A stretch of DNA of 38,231 bases from Candidatus Thorarchaeota archaeon (lineage in GTDB: Archaea; Asgardarchaeota; Thorarchaeia; Thorarchaeales; Thorarchaeaceae), in contig JBHIAE010000027.1 of assembly GCA_046758445.1 (NCBI GenBank), forward strand, positions 1 through 38,231. The letters run 5' to 3'. The first letter of the stretch is position 1. Every line of letters begins with the position of its first letter. The translations under genes were made by a program, and so were the position numbers. The notes under the pieces were generated by a model. That model worked only from the letters and a program-made list of their open reading frames with translations, did not search any database and was not told where the DNA came from. Below, in pieces: positions 35,820 to 38,231 of this stretch.

Positions 35820-36618
35820 GAAGTCTTTTCTCTATCATCAATAGAAGGAAGCTGGCTACAAACCCGATGAGCCCTATGACCAGCATACTTGAGATGACTG
35901 CCCCCGTCCATCCCGTCTGCTGCATGGTCCAGATTAGGTATCCAAGACCCATGTTACTTCCAATCATCTCAGCAGCGACTAGACACATCCATCCGATGCC
36001 AAACCCAATTCGCAGCCCGGCAAAGACCTCAGGCGCAGCAGAGGGGATTACCACGGAAGTGACTATTTGCGGCTCGCGAGCACCGAATGTCTTCGCCACT
36101 TCAACATGAACCGGTTCCGTTCGCTTCACGCCGGTTGTAGTATTGATAAGAATTGGAAAGAAGGCCCCGACCCAGATTATGAAGACTTGAGCAGATAGTA
36201 GGCTCGCGAAGATGAGCAAAGAGAGTGGAATCCAAGCAATTGGAGGTATAGGTCGCATGGCCTCAACAACCGGTCCCAGAATCGAATCGACAACTCTGTA
36301 TCTGCCTATCGCAACTCCAAGTGGAATTGCAGTCAATGCTGCCACCGTGAAACCTACTAGAACGATGAAAAGACTATGAGCCATGTGATCAATGAGGAGA
36401 ATACCCCCGCTATCACCCACAGTAGAGAGCCTGATGAAGGCATCAATTACCTCCAAAATGGTGCTCCTTGAGAAGAAGGCTACAATAATCCATAACAGAA
36501 TCAGGAGGAAGCCAGCAACTAGCCATCTGAGGGTCACAGACTCAGAAACCAATGAAAAGCTGGACTGGCGACCACTCTCACGAATGAGGCTGTCCTGAGG
36601 ATGTTCTACGGATGACAT
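35791..36618 (-). CDS. NitT/TauT-family ABC transporter permease
   Basis: RPIPPIAWIPL, FFPILINT, EAA-like VEVAKTFGA, LVAAEMIG..GLG. Confidence 0.93.
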   Translation of the reverse strand: MSSVEHPQDSLIRESGRQSSFSLVSESVTLRWLVAGFLLILLWIIVAFFSRSTILEVIDAFIRLSTVGDSGGILLIDHMAHSLFIVLVGFTVAALTAIPLGVAIGRYRVVDSILGPVVEAMRPIPPIAWIPLSLLIFASLLSAQVFIIWVGAFFPILINTTTGVKRTEPVHVEVAKTFGAREPQIVTSVVIPSAAPEVFAGLRIGFGIGWMCLVAAEMIGSNMGLGYLIWTMQQTGWTGAVISSMLVIGLIGFVASFLLLMIEKRLLRWRRGVSV

Positions 36619-36672
36619 CTTCTACAGGGGTCAGCTGGTTGGGTGTCTTTTGTGTCTGCCGTTTTCTGATGA

Positions 36673-37665
36673 CTAGGTGCTCTCGATGAAGGTTGTGTTA
36701 ATGAAACTATCAAGGAAGAGGTCAATGTCACTTGGAACCCTGTCAGGAAGAAGTAGGCCTTGGTCTATCAAGAATGACAGGTATCTCTCGATTCCTGTCC
36801 GGTTGACATTATAGTCATAGATAATTCGATTGAAAGCGGTTTCCACAGCGGAAACAGCATCCTCCATCTCCAACCATGTAGCCGCGATCTGGATGGCTTG
36901 CGTTGGATTGTTTACTATCCATTCCTCGGCACGTTTGTGAATGTCAACGACTTCCTGAACGATTTCAGGATTTGACTCGAGGAAAGCGTTCGAAGTAGCT
37001 ACAACACAACAAGGATGTCGAGGCCATATCTCCCCAGAGAGAACGAGTGGAACAGCCAGATTATCAAACTCTGCTCGTGCGTTGAACGGCTCCCAAGCAA
37101 TGAACGCCGGATCATCCTCCGATAGAGAGTTTGCCATGTTCGAGGGGGACGTTGATTTTGCAGTGATGTCTGACCATGCTAGTCCGGACTGATTCAGCGC
37201 CAAGCGGAGAAGGAAGTTCTGAACGGTAGAAGGACCTGGCTGAAAGACACCCTTTCCAGAAAGGTTTGCCACGGTAGTTATCAGACCGGCATCATAGTCA
37301 GCCTTCCGGACCATGATTGCAGAACCTTCGAGATTGGCCGCAGCAACGACCGTGACCATGATGTCTTGGTTTATGCGCTTCGTCAATGCAGGTGCTGCAC
37401 CAAGATATCCCATGTCAATCTGACCGCCAAGAAATCCGTCCATCTCCAACGCGCCATTTCCGAAAGCGACGAGTTCGACCTTAAGGCCAGCCTCCTCATA
37501 CCATCCGTTGACATAGGCAACACGAAATGCGAGTTGGTGGAGATCCTTTTCGAGGTATCCGATCCTTACATCAGGTAATGTCGTGGGGTACCAGAATGCC
37601 ACTAGTGCAACCGAAGATAGAACCACTACTACGACAGTCGCCGCAATTGCCCTGTTCTTGTCCAT
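36673..37665 (-). CDS. NitT/TauT-family ABC transporter substrate-binding protein
   Basis: N-terminal TM anchor; VRIGYL, IDMGYLGAAP, AWEPF, WPRHPCC; start refined to ATG 37665. Confidence 0.9.
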   Translation of the reverse strand: MDKNRAIAATVVVVVLSSVALVAFWYPTTLPDVRIGYLEKDLHQLAFRVAYVNGWYEEAGLKVELVAFGNGALEMDGFLGGQIDMGYLGAAPALTKRINQDIMVTVVAAANLEGSAIMVRKADYDAGLITTVANLSGKGVFQPGPSTVQNFLLRLALNQSGLAWSDITAKSTSPSNMANSLSEDDPAFIAWEPFNARAEFDNLAVPLVLSGEIWPRHPCCVVATSNAFLESNPEIVQEVVDIHKRAEEWIVNNPTQAIQIAATWLEMEDAVSAVETAFNRIIYDYNVNRTGIERYLSFLIDQGLLLPDRVPSDIDLFLDSFINTTFIEST

Positions 37666-37777
37666 TCTAGCTTGTCTCCTCTCGAGAGGTCGCAAGATGA
37701 GAAGGAATCCTAGACTCATATGAGGATTGGGTTATGTACCCGTCTTTCAGTAAGTTGATTAGAAAGCCCTAGTTAGT

Positions 37778-38161
37778 ATGTCATTCATGTCGTTCCAAGA
37801 ACGCATTCCAGAACAGCTAAGACTTCGGGAAGAGGTGATCTCTGCAAGTACAGACGACGAAGTCGGAGTGTTTCCGACAAGCGACTACGTTCTCATCGAG
37901 ATCTCAAACAAGGTGGGCAAGATACACATACCTAAGATAGCAGCAACCATTCGAAACTTGGTGAAGAGCGACCGAAGGATGGTGGCAATAAGAGGGTACG
38001 GCTTCAAGGGTGTGGGTCTATCTGTTAGAATTGCTCACGAAATGAAGAAGCGTGAGCAGCGGTTTGTATATCAAATGGCCTTCGACACATTTGAGGCCTT
38101 TGATCCTGATACCGACAAACCGCTAACAAGTGTGCAGATAGTCGTGATGCCTCCGGAGTGA
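37778..38161 (+). CDS. Divergent Alba-like DNA/RNA-binding protein
   Basis: VAIRGYGFKGVGLSVRIAHEMKKR...FDT......LTSVQIVV parallels Alba's V.IKARG.AI.KAV.VAE...I.T.....VS.IEI. Confidence 0.55.
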   Translation: MSFMSFQERIPEQLRLREEVISASTDDEVGVFPTSDYVLIEISNKVGKIHIPKIAATIRNLVKSDRRMVAIRGYGFKGVGLSVRIAHEMKKREQRFVYQMAFDTFEAFDPDTDKPLTSVQIVVMPPE

Positions 38162-38231
38162 GATTATTCCCATTCCAGCGTGATGAGAAACTGTTTTCTA
38201 TACTGAGCTCGTCCAGTTGGGAAGTTGGTCT

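Noticed and set aside
1-38231. CRISPR arrays, tRNA/rRNA genes, IS elements or integrases
   Set aside because: No regularly spaced repeats, cloverleaf motifs or transposase/recombinase ORFs seen by eye.

Overview
Gene-dense archaeal DNA, very probably from an Asgard archaeon (Thorarchaeia-like). The lineage is inferred from a single-domain gelsolin, a Rab-like GTPase fusion and formylmethanofuran dehydrogenase genes. Left to right: fwdA(partial)-fwdB-fwdD, divergent from a 2-oxoacid dehydrogenase E1a/E1b/E2 cluster with a lipoate ligase and an AhpD/CMD protein but no E3; an ~850 bp non-coding gap; and an AT-richer three-gene operon (8139-15833), the most unusual system here. That operon encodes a secreted membrane-anchored prenyltransferase-repeat (alpha/alpha barrel) protein, a 1.4-kaa fusion of the same repeats + Ig-like + 7TM_transglut-like + RimK-related ATP-grasp ligase, and a membrane-anchored transglutaminase with an intact Cys-His-Asp triad. 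Further right: Zn-ADH, gelsolin, three Zn-ribbon membrane proteins, a degenerate Hef-like SF2 helicase, an LbH acyltransferase, a geranylgeranyl reductase-family flavoprotein, three tandem TrmB-like paralogues, a DHH phosphoesterase, iorAB, an FG-GAP beta-propeller/Ig/Rab GTPase fusion, a NitT/TauT ABC transporter and an Alba-like protein. I saw no tRNA, rRNA, CRISPR array or transposase. All calls come from motif recognition by eye; no searches were run.
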